Counted from the stretch's first letter, positions 32,102 through 45,201 are shown. The stretch is 59,190 nt of DNA from Casimicrobiaceae bacterium (GCA_035539315.1 DATLIR010000047.1:1-59190), one strand, 5' to 3'. Translations and numbers: made by a program. The notes: generated from the letters alone by a model not told the origin.

Positions 32102-35100
32102 GTGGCCATCCGCGTCGGCCTCACGCATCGCACGACCTACCGGTTCGACCGTCCGGTCAAGCTGTCGCCGCACGAGATCCGGCTGCGACCGGCGCCGCAT
32201 TGCCGCACGCCGGTGGTCGGCTACTCGCTCGAGGTCGCGCCATCGCAGCACTTCCTCAACTGGCAGCAGGACCCGTACGGGAACTGGGTCGCGCGACTGG
32301 TGTTCCCCGAGAGCGCGCGCGAGCTGTCGGTCGTCGTCGACCTGACCGCCGACCTCACCGTCATCAACCCGTTCGACTTCTTCGTCGAGCCCTACGCCGA
32401 GACGTTCCCGTTCGCCTATGCCGACGCGCTCGCGAAGGAGCTGAAGCCGTTCCTCGAGACCGCGCCGGCGACGCCGCGGCTCGCGGCCTGGATCGAGCGC
32501 TTCCGCGGAAGCGTGAAGCCGGGCGAGACGACGGTCGACCTCCTGGTGCGGCTCAACCACGAACTGCAGCAGGCGATCCGCTACCTGGTGCGGATGGAGC
32601 CGGGCGTGCAGGAGCCGGAGCTCACGCTCGCCAACGCCAGCGGCTCGTGCCGCGACACCGGGTGGCTCCTGGTGCAGATCATGCGGCATCTCGGCATCGC
32701 GTCGCGCTTCGCATCGGGCTACCTGATCCAGCTCGTCGCGGACGTGAAGCCGCTCGACGGTCCGGCGGGCGCCGACCACGATTTCACCGACCTGCACGCC
32801 TGGGCCGAGGCGTTCATCCCCGGCGCCGGCTGGATCGGCCTCGACCCCACGTCCGGACTCCTCGCCGGCGAAGGGCACCTGCCGCTTGCGTGTACGGCCG
32901 ATCCGGGCAACGCCGCGCCGGTGATCGGCTTCACCGATCCGTGCGAGGTCAGCTTCGACGTCGCGATGAGCGTGGTGCGAATCCACGAGGATCCGCGCGT
33001 CACGCGCCCGTACAGCGAGGTCCAGTGGATGGCGATCGACGCGCTGGGCGAGGCGGTCGACCGCGAGCTCGCGGTCGGCGACGTGCGCCTCACCCAAGGC
33101 GGCGAGCCCACGTTCGTGTCGGTCGACGACATGGACGGCGCCGAGTGGAACTACACGGCGCTCTCGCCGGCGAAGCGCAAGCTCGCCGACGCGCTGGCGC
33201 GGCGGCTCGCCGAGCGGCTCGCGCCCGCCGGGCTGATGCACGACGGACAGGGCAAGTGGTACCCGGGCGAGCCGCTTCCGCGCTGGGCAATCGGCATGTA
33301 TTGGCGCATCGATGGGACGCCGCTGTGGCGCGATCGTGCGCTCTTCGCCGATCCCTCGTCCGAGGGCCGCGCAACCGTCGACGACGCGCAGCGCTTCGCC
33401 AGCGCGATCGCGACGCGGCTCGGGTTGCCTGCGTCCTCGGCCATCGTCGCCTACGAGGACGTGCCGAAGCTCCTCGTCGCCGAAGCGGCGCTGCCGGTCA
33501 ACGTCGATCCGCTCGCTGCCGACCTGTCGAAGCCGGACGAGCGGGCGCGGCTCGCCCGGCTCCTGCAGGCGGGCCTCGCGACGCCCGCAGGCTTCGTGCT
33601 GCCGCTTCGGCCCGCGCCGGGGCGGCCGGACATCGCATGGGAGACGAGCCCGTGGCCGCTGCGCCGCGAGCGCCTCTACCTGGTACCGGGCGACTCGCCG
33701 CTGGGCCTGCGGCTTCCGCTGGGCTCGTTGCCGTGGGTGCAGCCCGAGGACGAGGACCGCGCCCCGCCGGTCGACCCATTCGCGCCGCGCGCCGCGCTCG
33801 CGCCCCGGCTCCAGGCGAACCCGGGGAGCGTGCGCAGCAGCGCGCCGCGCGACGTGATCAAGACCGCGCTGTGCGTCGAGGCCCGACGCGGACACCTGCG
33901 CGTCTTCCTGCCGCCGGTCGAGCGGCTCGAGGCGGCGGTCGCGCTCATCGCGGCCATCGAGGACGCCGCACGCGAGACCGGCTCGCGGATCGTGATCGAA
34001 GGCTACCCACCGCCGCGCGACCCGCGTCTCGCCGTGGTCCAGGTGACGCCCGATCCGGGCGTAATCGAGGTCAACGTGCAGCCCGCGTCGAGCTGGCGTG
34101 CGCTGGTCGACGCGACCGTCGCGCTGTACGAGGACGCGCGCACCGTCCGGCTCGGCACCGAGAAGTTCATGCTCGACGGCCGCCATACCGGCACCGGCGG
34201 AGGTAACCACGTCACGCTCGGCGGCGCGACGCCGGCGGACAGCCCGCTCCTGCGCCGGCCCGACCTCCTGAAGAGCCTGATCGGCTACTGGCAGAACCAT
34301 CCCGCGCTCTCGTATCTCTTCTCCGGCACGTTCATCGGGCCGACCAGCCAGGCGCCACGCGTCGACGAGGCGCGCGACGACCGGCTCTACGAGCTCGAGA
34401 TCGCCTTCCAGGAAGTCGACCGTGTCGCGGTGGCCGGCGAGGAGTCGCCGCGTCCCTGGCTCGTCGACCGGTTGCTGCGCCACCTGCTCACCGACCTGAC
34501 CGGCAACACGCACCGCGCGGAGTTCTCGGCCGACAAGCTCTATTCGCCGGACAGCCCGACCGGGCGCCTGGGCCTGCTCGAGTTCCGCGCCTTCGAGATG
34601 CCGCCGCACGCGCGCATGAGCGCGGTGCAGATGCTGCTTTTGCGCGCCCTGGTCGCGCGTTTCTGGCGCGAGCCGTGGCAGGGCCGGCTCGAGCGCTGGG
34701 GGACGGCGCTGCACGACCGCTGGCTCCTGCCGCACTTCGTCGCCACCGACATGCGCGACGTGGTCGCCGACCTGCGACGCGCCGGCTACCCGTTCGAGCC
34801 CGCGTGGTTCGATCCCTTCGTCGAGTTCCGCTTTCCGCGTTACGGCACGGTGAGCTACGACGGCGTGACGCTGGAGCTCCGCCAGGCGATCGAGCCGTGG
34901 CACGTGCTTGGCGAGGAGATGTCGCTCGCCGGGACCTCGCGCTACGTCGACTCGTCGGTCGAGCGGATGCAGCTCAAGGCGACCGGAATCACTGTCGGGC
35001 GCCACGCCGTTGCACGCAACGGCCGTGCGCTGCCGCTGACGCCGACGGGCGTGCCGGGCGAGTACGTCGCCGGCGTGCGCTTTCGCGCCTGGAGCCCGCC

Positions 35101-35386
35101 GTCGGCGCTGCACCCGACCATCGGCGTGCAGGCGCCGCTCACGTTCGACCTGGTCGACACCTGGTCGGGCCGCGCGCTCGGCGGCTGCACCTACCACGTC
35201 TCGCATCCCGGCGGCCGCAACTATGCGACCTTTCCGGTCAACGCCAACGAGGCCGAGGCGCGCCGCTTCGCGCGGTTCTGGCCCCATGGCCACACGCCCG
35301 GACCGATGACGCTAGCGCCCGAGCCGGCGAACCCGGCCACGCCCGCGACGCTCGACCTACGCTATCGCGCGATGGCGACGCGTTGA
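32102..35386 (+). CDS. Transglutaminase-family protein fused to DUF2126 (putative amidoligase)
   Basis: N-terminal H.TTYRFD...LRPAPH. Triad motifs GSCRD / LHAWAE / LDPT. C-terminal TQGGEPTF, PDPGVIEVN, TGTGGGNH, NTHRAE and EFRAFEMPPH. Confidence 0.9.
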   Translation: MAIRVGLTHRTTYRFDRPVKLSPHEIRLRPAPHCRTPVVGYSLEVAPSQHFLNWQQDPYGNWVARLVFPESARELSVVVDLTADLTVINPFDFFVEPYAETFPFAYADALAKELKPFLETAPATPRLAAWIERFRGSVKPGETTVDLLVRLNHELQQAIRYLVRMEPGVQEPELTLANASGSCRDTGWLLVQIMRHLGIASRFASGYLIQLVADVKPLDGPAGADHDFTDLHAWAEAFIPGAGWIGLDPTSGLLAGEGHLPLACTADPGNAAPVIGFTDPCEVSFDVAMSVVRIHEDPRVTRPYSEVQWMAIDALGEAVDRELAVGDVRLTQGGEPTFVSVDDMDGAEWNYTALSPAKRKLADALARRLAERLAPAGLMHDGQGKWYPGEPLPRWAIGMYWRIDGTPLWRDRALFADPSSEGRATVDDAQRFASAIATRLGLPASSAIVAYEDVPKLLVAEAALPVNVDPLAADLSKPDERARLARLLQAGLATPAGFVLPLRPAPGRPDIAWETSPWPLRRERLYLVPGDSPLGLRLPLGSLPWVQPEDEDRAPPVDPFAPRAALAPRLQANPGSVRSSAPRDVIKTALCVEARRGHLRVFLPPVERLEAAVALIAAIEDAARETGSRIVIEGYPPPRDPRLAVVQVTPDPGVIEVNVQPASSWRALVDATVALYEDARTVRLGTEKFMLDGRHTGTGGGNHVTLGGATPADSPLLRRPDLLKSLIGYWQNHPALSYLFSGTFIGPTSQAPRVDEARDDRLYELEIAFQEVDRVAVAGEESPRPWLVDRLLRHLLTDLTGNTHRAEFSADKLYSPDSPTGRLGLLEFRAFEMPPHARMSAVQMLLLRALVARFWREPWQGRLERWGTALHDRWLLPHFVATDMRDVVADLRRAGYPFEPAWFDPFVEFRFPRYGTVSYDGVTLELRQAIEPWHVLGEEMSLAGTSRYVDSSVERMQLKATGITVGRHAVARNGRALPLTPTGVPGEYVAGVRFRAWSPPSALHPTIGVQAPLTFDLVDTWSGRALGGCTYHVSHPGGRNYATFPVNANEAEARRFARFWPHGHTPGPMTLAPEPANPATPATLDLRYRAMATR

Positions 35387-35390
35387 TCGC

Positions 35391-36722
35391 ATGGCCCGGG
35401 ACCTCTCAGCCCCGCGTCGCGTCATCGTCGGTCGCCGCGTCCTCACCGTGGTCGCGATCGTCGTCGCGGCCGGGCTGATCGCGTGGTTCCTCGAAAGCAC
35501 CAAGCCGCGTCACATCGTGATGGCGTCGGGGCCTGTCGACGGCCTGCACCACGAGCTCGCGGTGCGTTACCAGGCCATCCTGGCGCGCAACGGCGTCACG
35601 GTGGTCGAGCGCATCACGACCGGCGCCGACGAGAACGTCCGCCTGCTGCTCGAGCCACGGTCCGACGTCGACGTCGCGTTCATGCTCGGAGGCGTGGCGA
35701 CCCCCGCCGAGCGCGAGGGCATCGAGATGCTCGCGGCGCTGTACTACGAACCGCTGTGGGTGTTCTACCGCGGCGACGAGACGCTGACCCAGCTCGACGA
35801 GTTGCGGTACAAGCGCATCGCGATCGGAATGCCAGGGCAAGGTGTGCGCGCGTTCATGGAGCCGCTGCTCGCGGCGAACAATGTCACGGCCTTCAACTCG
35901 ACATTCGAGCCGCTGGGCAATGTAGAGGCGCTGCGCGCGCTGCAGGCAGGCAACGTCGACGCCGTGTGCCTGCTAGGGGCCGTTCGCTCGCCTGCGGTGT
36001 TCCAGGCGCTTCACGACAAGGACCTGAAGCTCATGAGCCTCGAGCGCGCCGAGGCCTACCAGCGACGCTACGCGCACATCACGACGCTGTCGTTGCCACC
36101 GGGGACCGTCGACCTGGCGTTGCGCATCCCCGAAAAAGAGGTCCGCCTCTTCGCCACCGAGGCGATGCTGGTCGGTCGCGCGGGTCTCGCGCCGGCGATC
36201 ACCGACCTGTTGGTCGACGCCGCCCGCGAGCTGCACGGCGGACAAGGCTACTTCGAGGATCGCACCAGCTTCCCCCACACCCGCGTGGTCGACCTGCCGG
36301 TCTCGGTCGAGGCCGACCGCCACATGCGCTTCGGACCGAGCCTGCTGCAGCGCCACCTGCCGTTCTTCGTGGCGAGCTATGTCGAGCGGCTGGTGATCCT
36401 GCTGGTGCCGCTGCTGTTCCTGATCGTGCCGCTGGTCAACTGGTTGCCGCAGCTGTTGCGCTGGCGCGCCCGCTCGCGCGTGTACCGTTGGTACGGCGAG
36501 CTCGCGTTGCTCGAACGCGACGTCGAACGCCGACAGGGCGAGCTGCCGATCGGACGCTGGCTCGCCGACCTCGACCGGATCGAGCACGCCGTGTCGCACG
36601 TCCGCCTCCCCAAGAGCATGGCGAGCGAGGGCTATACGTTGCGCGAGCACATCGGGCTGGTGCGTCGTGCGATCCTGGCGCGGCGCGAGGCCGCCCCGCG
36701 GATCGACAGCCTTCCCGCATGA
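35391..36722 (+). CDS. TAXI-family TRAP solute-binding protein with N- and C-terminal membrane segments
   Basis: MASGPVDG, TTGADEN, LYYEPLWVFYR and KRIAIG..GQG. A hydrophobic segment LVILLVPLLFLIVPL follows near the C-terminus. Confidence 0.8.
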   Translation: MARDLSAPRRVIVGRRVLTVVAIVVAAGLIAWFLESTKPRHIVMASGPVDGLHHELAVRYQAILARNGVTVVERITTGADENVRLLLEPRSDVDVAFMLGGVATPAEREGIEMLAALYYEPLWVFYRGDETLTQLDELRYKRIAIGMPGQGVRAFMEPLLAANNVTAFNSTFEPLGNVEALRALQAGNVDAVCLLGAVRSPAVFQALHDKDLKLMSLERAEAYQRRYAHITTLSLPPGTVDLALRIPEKEVRLFATEAMLVGRAGLAPAITDLLVDAARELHGGQGYFEDRTSFPHTRVVDLPVSVEADRHMRFGPSLLQRHLPFFVASYVERLVILLVPLLFLIVPLVNWLPQLLRWRARSRVYRWYGELALLERDVERRQGELPIGRWLADLDRIEHAVSHVRLPKSMASEGYTLREHIGLVRRAILARREAAPRIDSLPA

Positions 36723-36844
36723 CGGCGGGCGCCAGGGTGTACCCCTAGGCGACGTCCGTACGCCGCCACCGTCCCGGGCCGCAAGGTCGGCTAGAGTGCG
36801 GGCTTCACGCCGCATCGACGGCGCAACCCCTGAAGGAGGACCCC

Positions 36845-37372
36845 ATGTCGCGCCTGCTGATCCTGCTTGCCGTGCTTCCATGGCTCTTCGGCGCGCCCGA
36901 AACGCTGGCACAGGCGAAGAAGGGCGGCGGTCCGGCACGGGTTCCCTCCGCGAAGGACCCGTCGGTCAGCGTTGTCACCTACATGCGCGACGGCGGCAAG
37001 AACGAGCTTCTGATCGGGACGCGGATCTGGCCCGACAACCCCGAGTACAACGCGGCGGCGCTGCAGCGCTTCTTCGCCATGATGAAAGCGATGGAGCCCG
37101 CGTACCGGAAGGACGACGACGTCGCGTACTCGTGGCAGCAAAAGGCCAAGGTGACCAAGTGCAGCATCTACCTCGAGTCCGAGGACGCCGGCACCAAGGC
37201 CGGAACGGGCGCCGTCGTCGGCTGCGAGGCCAACGGCGTATCGAGCCTCGCCGTGCCTTCCGCCGCCGATCCCAAGCGCCCGAGCGGATCGCAGGACCCG
37301 AAGCACCTGGCCGACGTGATGGAGATGTTCCGCAAGCAGTCGGAGCGCGCCAGGGCCACCGTTGCGAAGTGA
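36845..37372 (+). CDS. Hypothetical exported protein
   Basis: Strong SD AAGGAGG, Sec-type signal peptide ending TLA-Q, two Cys, and host-like codon usage. Confidence 0.75.
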   Translation: MSRLLILLAVLPWLFGAPETLAQAKKGGGPARVPSAKDPSVSVVTYMRDGGKNELLIGTRIWPDNPEYNAAALQRFFAMMKAMEPAYRKDDDVAYSWQQKAKVTKCSIYLESEDAGTKAGTGAVVGCEANGVSSLAVPSAADPKRPSGSQDPKHLADVMEMFRKQSERARATVAK

Positions 37373-37442
37373 TGGGGCGGGGGTCGCAGGTCGCCGCGCG
37401 TCGCGGCGCGGGCGCCGCGATCGCGTCCGGTAAGATGGCCCG

Positions 37443-38864
37443 GTGTCGACGGCCGCGCCCGTGACTTCCGTCAGAACCCGCTTCGCCCCCAGTCCCACCG
37501 GCTTCCTGCACCTCGGCGGCGCGCGCACCGCGCTGTTCTCATGGGCGTATGCGCGGCGGCATGGGGGCACCTTCGTCCTGCGCATCGAGGACACCGACGT
37601 CGCGCGCTCGACGCACGAGGCGGTGCAGGCGATCCTCGACGCGATGGCCTGGCTCGGGCTCGACTACGACGAAGGCCCGCACTACCAGATGCAGCGGATG
37701 GATCGCTACCGCGCAGCGATCGCCGACATGGTCGGTCGCGGGCTCGCGTACCGCTGCTGGATGTCGACCGAGGAGCTCGACACGTTGCGCGCGCGCCAGA
37801 TGGCGGCCGGCGAGAAGCCGCGCTACGACGGCCGCTGGCGCCCGGAGAACGTCGAGGCGCACGGCCTCGTGCCGCCCGCGGGCGTGGCGCCGGTGATCCG
37901 CTTCCGCAACCCCGACGGCGGCAGCGTCGCGTGGGACGACCGCGTGAAGGGCCGCATCGCGTTCGCCAACGCCGAGCTCGACGACCTCGTCATCGCGCGC
38001 GCCGACGGCACGCCGACGTACAACTTCTGCGTCGTCGTCGACGACATCGACATGCGCATCACGCACGTGATCCGCGGCGACGACCACGTCAACAACACGC
38101 CGCGGCAGATCAATATCTTTCGCGCGCTCGGCCACGAGCCGCCGGTGTTCGCGCACGTGCCCACCGTGCTCGGCGAGGACGGGCAGAAGCTGTCGAAGCG
38201 ACACGGTGCGGTGTCGGTGATGGAGTACGAGGCGGCCGGCTACCTGCCCGAGGCGATGGTGAACTTCCTCGCACGCCTCGGCTGGGCGCACGGCGACGAC
38301 GAGGTGTTCGGTCCCGACGACTTCGTGCGCTGGTTCGGGCTCGACGCGATCAGCGCGGCGCCGTCGCGGTTCAACACCGACAAGCTGCACTGGGTGAACC
38401 AGGAGCACATGAAGCGGATGGACGCCGCGGAGCTTGGCCGCCGCTTCGCGCCCTACCTCGCGCGAGCCGGCCTTGAGGTGTCGGCCGGACCGGACCCCGG
38501 CGCGGTGGCGGTCCTGCTGCGCGATCGCGTCCACACGCTGACCGAGATGGCCGACGCGGCGCATTACTTCTACGCGGCACCGCATCCGTCGCACGAGCGG
38601 CTGGCCGAGCACCTGACCGCCGCCACGCGGCCGGCGGTGCAGGGCGTCGCCGAGGCGTTCGCCGACCTGCCGTGGACGAAGGAAGCCATCGCCGAGCGGC
38701 TGAAGTCGGAGACGAAGAAGCACGGGCTGAAGCCCCCGCAGCTCTTCATGCCGCTGCGGATGCTGGTCGCGGGAACGACGCAGACGCCGTCGCTCGACGC
38801 GGTCCTGGCGCTGCTGCCCCGGGAAGCGGTGCGCGCGAGGATCGCGGCGGGATTGGGATTGTAG
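37443..38864 (+). CDS. gltX: Glutamate--tRNA ligase
   Basis: [29 protein letters not shown] and KLSKR; anticodon-binding domain present. Confidence 0.96.
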   Translation: MSTAAPVTSVRTRFAPSPTGFLHLGGARTALFSWAYARRHGGTFVLRIEDTDVARSTHEAVQAILDAMAWLGLDYDEGPHYQMQRMDRYRAAIADMVGRGLAYRCWMSTEELDTLRARQMAAGEKPRYDGRWRPENVEAHGLVPPAGVAPVIRFRNPDGGSVAWDDRVKGRIAFANAELDDLVIARADGTPTYNFCVVVDDIDMRITHVIRGDDHVNNTPRQINIFRALGHEPPVFAHVPTVLGEDGQKLSKRHGAVSVMEYEAAGYLPEAMVNFLARLGWAHGDDEVFGPDDFVRWFGLDAISAAPSRFNTDKLHWVNQEHMKRMDAAELGRRFAPYLARAGLEVSAGPDPGAVAVLLRDRVHTLTEMADAAHYFYAAPHPSHERLAEHLTAATRPAVQGVAEAFADLPWTKEAIAERLKSETKKHGLKPPQLFMPLRMLVAGTTQTPSLDAVLALLPREAVRARIAAGLGL

Positions 38865-38915
38865 CGCCGCTTGGGGCCCGCTGTCGCGCTATCGGGGGCG
38901 AGGCGACCCCGGTAA

Positions 38916-40625
<1,710 letters not shown>

Positions 40626-40632
40626 GCCATCC

Positions 40633-41499
40633 GTGAAGCTTTGCGGGTTCGACGTCGGCCTCGACCGGCCGATGTTCCTGATCGCCGGCCCCTGCGTGGT
40701 CGAGTCGCAGGCGCTGCAGATCGACGTTGCGGGCCAGCTCAAGGAGATCACGTCCGCGCTTCGCATCCCGTTCGTCTTCAAGTCGAGCTTCGACAAGGCC
40801 AACCGCAGCTCGCACGCGAGCTTCCGCGGCCCGGGCATGGACGAAGGGCTGCGCATCCTCGCCGAGGTCAAGCGGCAGGTCGGCGTGCCGGTGCTGACCG
40901 ACGTGCACGACGAGGACGAGGTAGGGACGGTCGCCGCCGTCGTCGACGTGCTGCAGACGCCGGCCTTCCTGTGCCGGCAGACCGACTTCATCCAGGCCGT
41001 CGCGCGCGCGGGCCGCCCGGTCAACATCAAGAAGGGCCAGTTCCTCGCGCCCGGCGAGATGAAGCAGGTGGTCGCCAAGGCGAAGGCCGCATCCGGCGCC
41101 GACAACATCATGGTGTGCGAGCGCGGCGCCTCGTTCGGCTACCACAACCTGGTGTCCGACATGCGCTCGCTCGCGATCATGCGCGACACCGGCTGCCCGG
41201 TCGTGTTCGACGCGACCCACTCGGTGCAGCTCCCCGGCCAGCAGGGCAGCTCGTCGGGCGGCGAGCGCGAATTCGTGCCGGTGCTCGCGCGGGCCGCCGT
41301 GGCCGCGGGCATTGCCGGCCTGTTCATGGAGACGCATCCCGATCCGGCGAAGGCGCTCTCGGACGGCCCCAATGCATGGCCGCTGGCGCGGATGCGTGCA
41401 TTGCTCGAGACGCTCAAGGAGCTCGACGTCGCGGTGAAGCGGTCGGGGTTCCCCGAGACCGAGCTGATGGCGCTGGCGAGGCCGGCGGCCAGGCCTTGA
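40633..41499 (+). CDS. kdsA: KDO-8-phosphate synthase
   Basis: [37 protein letters not shown] and DATHSVQ. Confidence 0.96.
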   Translation: MKLCGFDVGLDRPMFLIAGPCVVESQALQIDVAGQLKEITSALRIPFVFKSSFDKANRSSHASFRGPGMDEGLRILAEVKRQVGVPVLTDVHDEDEVGTVAAVVDVLQTPAFLCRQTDFIQAVARAGRPVNIKKGQFLAPGEMKQVVAKAKAASGADNIMVCERGASFGYHNLVSDMRSLAIMRDTGCPVVFDATHSVQLPGQQGSSSGGEREFVPVLARAAVAAGIAGLFMETHPDPAKALSDGPNAWPLARMRALLETLKELDVAVKRSGFPETELMALARPAARP

Positions 41500-41517
41500 C
41501 GACCATGAGCCGCACGC

Positions 41518-41566
41518 CCCGACCCCCGATTCCTGATACCTGATACCTGATACCTGATACCTGACA
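41518..41566 (+). repeat. Tandem heptamer array (about 7 units, CCTGATA core) abutting the Dabb ATG
   Basis: CCCGACC CCCGATT (CCTGATA)x4 CCTGACA-TG. Confidence 0.9.
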
Positions 41567-41868
41567 TGTTCGTCCATCTCGTCCTGATCAAGTTCAAGCC
41601 CGGTGTCGCGCGCACCGATCCGCGCGTGCCCGCGTGGGAGAAGCAATTCGTCGCGCTGAAGCACCAGTGCGGGGGCATCGTCCGATTCGAGTACGGGTGG
41701 AACGTGACCGACCGCCCGGTCGCCTACGACCTGGGCATCAACATGGCGTTCGCGACCCACGCCGACCTGACCGCCTACGGCCCGCATCCTGCGCACCAGG
41801 AAGTCGTGGCGTTGCTGCGCGAGATCGCCGACTGGGTGATATGCGACTACGAGGCACCCGACGCATGA
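41566..41868 (+). CDS. Dabb family stress-responsive alpha/beta barrel protein
   Basis: MFVHLVLIKFK, G.NVT, F...ADL.AY.PHPAHQ and CDYE; 100 aa. Confidence 0.85.
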   Translation: MFVHLVLIKFKPGVARTDPRVPAWEKQFVALKHQCGGIVRFEYGWNVTDRPVAYDLGINMAFATHADLTAYGPHPAHQEVVALLREIADWVICDYEAPDA

Positions 41869-41876
41869 CCGACCGG

Positions 41877-41917
41877 CCCCTCGCCCCAACCCTCTTCGCG
41901 CGATGCGGGGAGAGGGC
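41877..41917 (+). repeat. REP-like palindromic element (CCCTCnCCCCAACCCTCT...GGGAGAGGG type)
   Basis: CCCCTCGCCCCAACCCTCTTCGCGCGATGCGGGGAGAGGG. A related copy lies in reverse orientation at 52861-52901. Confidence 0.6.
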
Positions 41918-41970
41918 GCAGGTTGAACCACGTCATTGCGGCCCGATGCCGCGTCGCACCGCGCGCCGCC

Positions 41971-43290
<1,320 letters not shown>

Positions 43291-43310
43291 CGGGGACCGA
43301 CGGGTCCGCC

Positions 43311-43613
43311 ATGCGCTGGCTCGCCCTGATCTTCGTCGCCGCGATCGTCGCGCTGCAGTATCCGATGTGGCTCGGCAAGGGCGGCTGGCTCGCGGTGCGC
43401 GAGCTCGACCGGCAGGTGGCGGTCCAGCGCGACGCCAACGACAAGCTGAAGGCGCGCAACGAGGCGCTCGATGCGGACGTGCGCGACCTCAAGACCGGGA
43501 GCGAGGCGATCGAGGAGCGCGCGCGCGGCGAGCTCGGCATGATCCGGCAGGACGAGGTGTTCTTCCAGCTGCAGCCGGCCGGCGCATCCAAGTCCGCCGC
43601 ACCTTCGCGCTGA
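43311..43613 (+). CDS. ftsB: Cell division protein FtsB
   Basis: [11 protein letters not shown], coiled coil and [15 protein letters not shown]; follows eno. Confidence 0.93.
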   Translation: MRWLALIFVAAIVALQYPMWLGKGGWLAVRELDRQVAVQRDANDKLKARNEALDADVRDLKTGSEAIEERARGELGMIRQDEVFFQLQPAGASKSAAPSR

Positions 43614-43634
43614 GCGCGCGCCGGCGCGCCCGCG

Positions 43635-44435
43635 ATGACCACGATCGTCTCGCGCCAGAACCCGCGTTACCGCGACCTCGCGCGGCTGGTCGCCTCGTCG
43701 CGCGAGCGGCGCAAGACCGGCCGTTGCGTCCTCGAAGGCGAGCACCTCGTGGGCGTCTACCTCGACCGACGAGGCGTTCCCGAGGTCGTCGCCGCGAGCG
43801 AGGATGCGCTGTCGCGCCTCGGGGTCGCGGAACTGGTGGCGCGCGTGCCGCCTTCGCGCGCATTGATCCTGCCACGCGCGCTGTTCGACGAGCTCGGCCC
43901 CCTGTTGCCCGACATCGGCATCGTCGCGGTCGCCCCGGCGCCGCGTGCGAGTCGCGCCGGCGACGGCGATCGCTTCCTGCTGGTCGAGGCGATCCAGGAT
44001 CCGGGCAACCTGGGCTCGATGCTGCGCTCGGCGGCGGCTTTCGGCGTCGCCGAGGCGTTTCTGTCGAAGGACTGCGCGTTCGCCTGGGCGCCCAAGGTGC
44101 TGCGCGCCGGACAGGGCGCGCATTTCCAGCTGGCGATCCACGAGGACGCCGACCTGCCGGCGATCGCCCGGGACCTCAGGCGCGACGGCGTCCGCGTGCT
44201 CGCGACGGTCGCGTCGGGGGGCACGCCGATCGATCGCGCCACGCTCGGCGCGCGCGTCGCGCTCGCGATCGGCAACGAAGGCGCTGGATTGTCCGAGGCG
44301 CTGCGCCACGAGTCCGACGAGGCCGTGACGATCCCGATGCCCGGCGGCAGCGAATCGCTGAACGTCGCCGCGGCGGCGGCGGTGGCGCTCTACGAGGTCG
44401 CGCGCCGGCGCGTCACTGCTGCGGCACGCCGCTGA
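43635..44435 (+). CDS. TrmH/SpoU family RNA methyltransferase
   Basis: SRQNP, LEG.HL, IQDPGNLGSMLRSA, GNEGAG and ESLNVAAA. Confidence 0.9.
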   Translation: MTTIVSRQNPRYRDLARLVASSRERRKTGRCVLEGEHLVGVYLDRRGVPEVVAASEDALSRLGVAELVARVPPSRALILPRALFDELGPLLPDIGIVAVAPAPRASRAGDGDRFLLVEAIQDPGNLGSMLRSAAAFGVAEAFLSKDCAFAWAPKVLRAGQGAHFQLAIHEDADLPAIARDLRRDGVRVLATVASGGTPIDRATLGARVALAIGNEGAGLSEALRHESDEAVTIPMPGGSESLNVAAAAAVALYEVARRRVTAAARR

Positions 44436-45201
44436 ACGTCCCCGTCTCGACGCAGCCGCTGCCCAGATCCGCCGTCCATGCGAGCTCGATGCCGCCGTTG
44501 GAGGTGCGGCGCATGTCGCTGATGTTGACCGGCGAGTCGGCCCCGCCGCACGAGTAGGTGCCGTTGGGCATCGGGCGGACGCGGCCGATCTGCAGCGCGA
44601 GGCCCTTCATCGTGCAGTCGGTGCTCCCGGTGAGCGAAACCTGGTCGATCGTCACCTGCGAGCCAGTCGCTTCGCTCACCAGAAGCTGGTAGGCGTAGGG
44701 CGTCGACGATGCGCCGCCGTTGCACTGGTTCGAGTTCTTGATCAGCATCCCGCCGAGGTAGACGCCGGCGACCTCGATCGGCGTGAGCGCGAGCCGCTCG
44801 ATCGTCTTCGCCACCTGGATCGTGTCGATCCGGTAGCTAAAGAGGCCGCGCGTGACGCTTTCGGCGACGAACTGCGCCTCGCCAACGATCGCGCAGGTGT
44901 GGTCGGACGGAGCCCATGCCAGCGCGAAATAGGTGCCGGTGCAGCGGTAGAGCGCGCCGGAGTAGCGTCCGGTACCGGCCTGGACCATCTCGGCGCTCAC
45001 CCAGGTCTGCTTGTTGTCCGGGCCGTAGATGAAGAACGTGGCGAAGATGAAGCCGGGGCTTTGCGCGAAGTTGACGCCCCAGCCGGACTCGGCGCCGGCG
45101 GCGGCCCACCAGATGTCGGAGTAGTCCGGCTCCGCGGCTCGTGCCGGCGCGGCGAGCGCGAGGGCGAGGGCGAGCAGGGCGAAAATTCGTCGATGCGGCA
45201 T
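44413..45201 (-). CDS. Hypothetical exported beta-rich protein
   Basis: GAGG SD and signal peptide ending ARA-A. Begins DYSDIWW...ESGWGVNF.Q...IFATFFIY; six Cys. Confidence 0.75.
   Translation of the reverse strand: MPHRRIFALLALALALAAPARAAEPDYSDIWWAAAGAESGWGVNFAQSPGFIFATFFIYGPDNKQTWVSAEMVQAGTGRYSGALYRCTGTYFALAWAPSDHTCAIVGEAQFVAESVTRGLFSYRIDTIQVAKTIERLALTPIEVAGVYLGGMLIKNSNQCNGGASSTPYAYQLLVSEATGSQVTIDQVSLTGSTDCTMKGLALQIGRVRPMPNGTYSCGGADSPVNISDMRRTSNGGIELAWTADLGSGCVETGTFSGVPQQ

Noticed and set aside
31190-35293. 1367-aa minus-strand ORF (likewise 15992..19360, 19284..22565, 40504..43101, 49528..51738 and others)
   Set aside because: These are shadow frames of well-supported genes, caused by high GC and codon bias. 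They have Arg/Ala/Gly-rich composition and no motifs.
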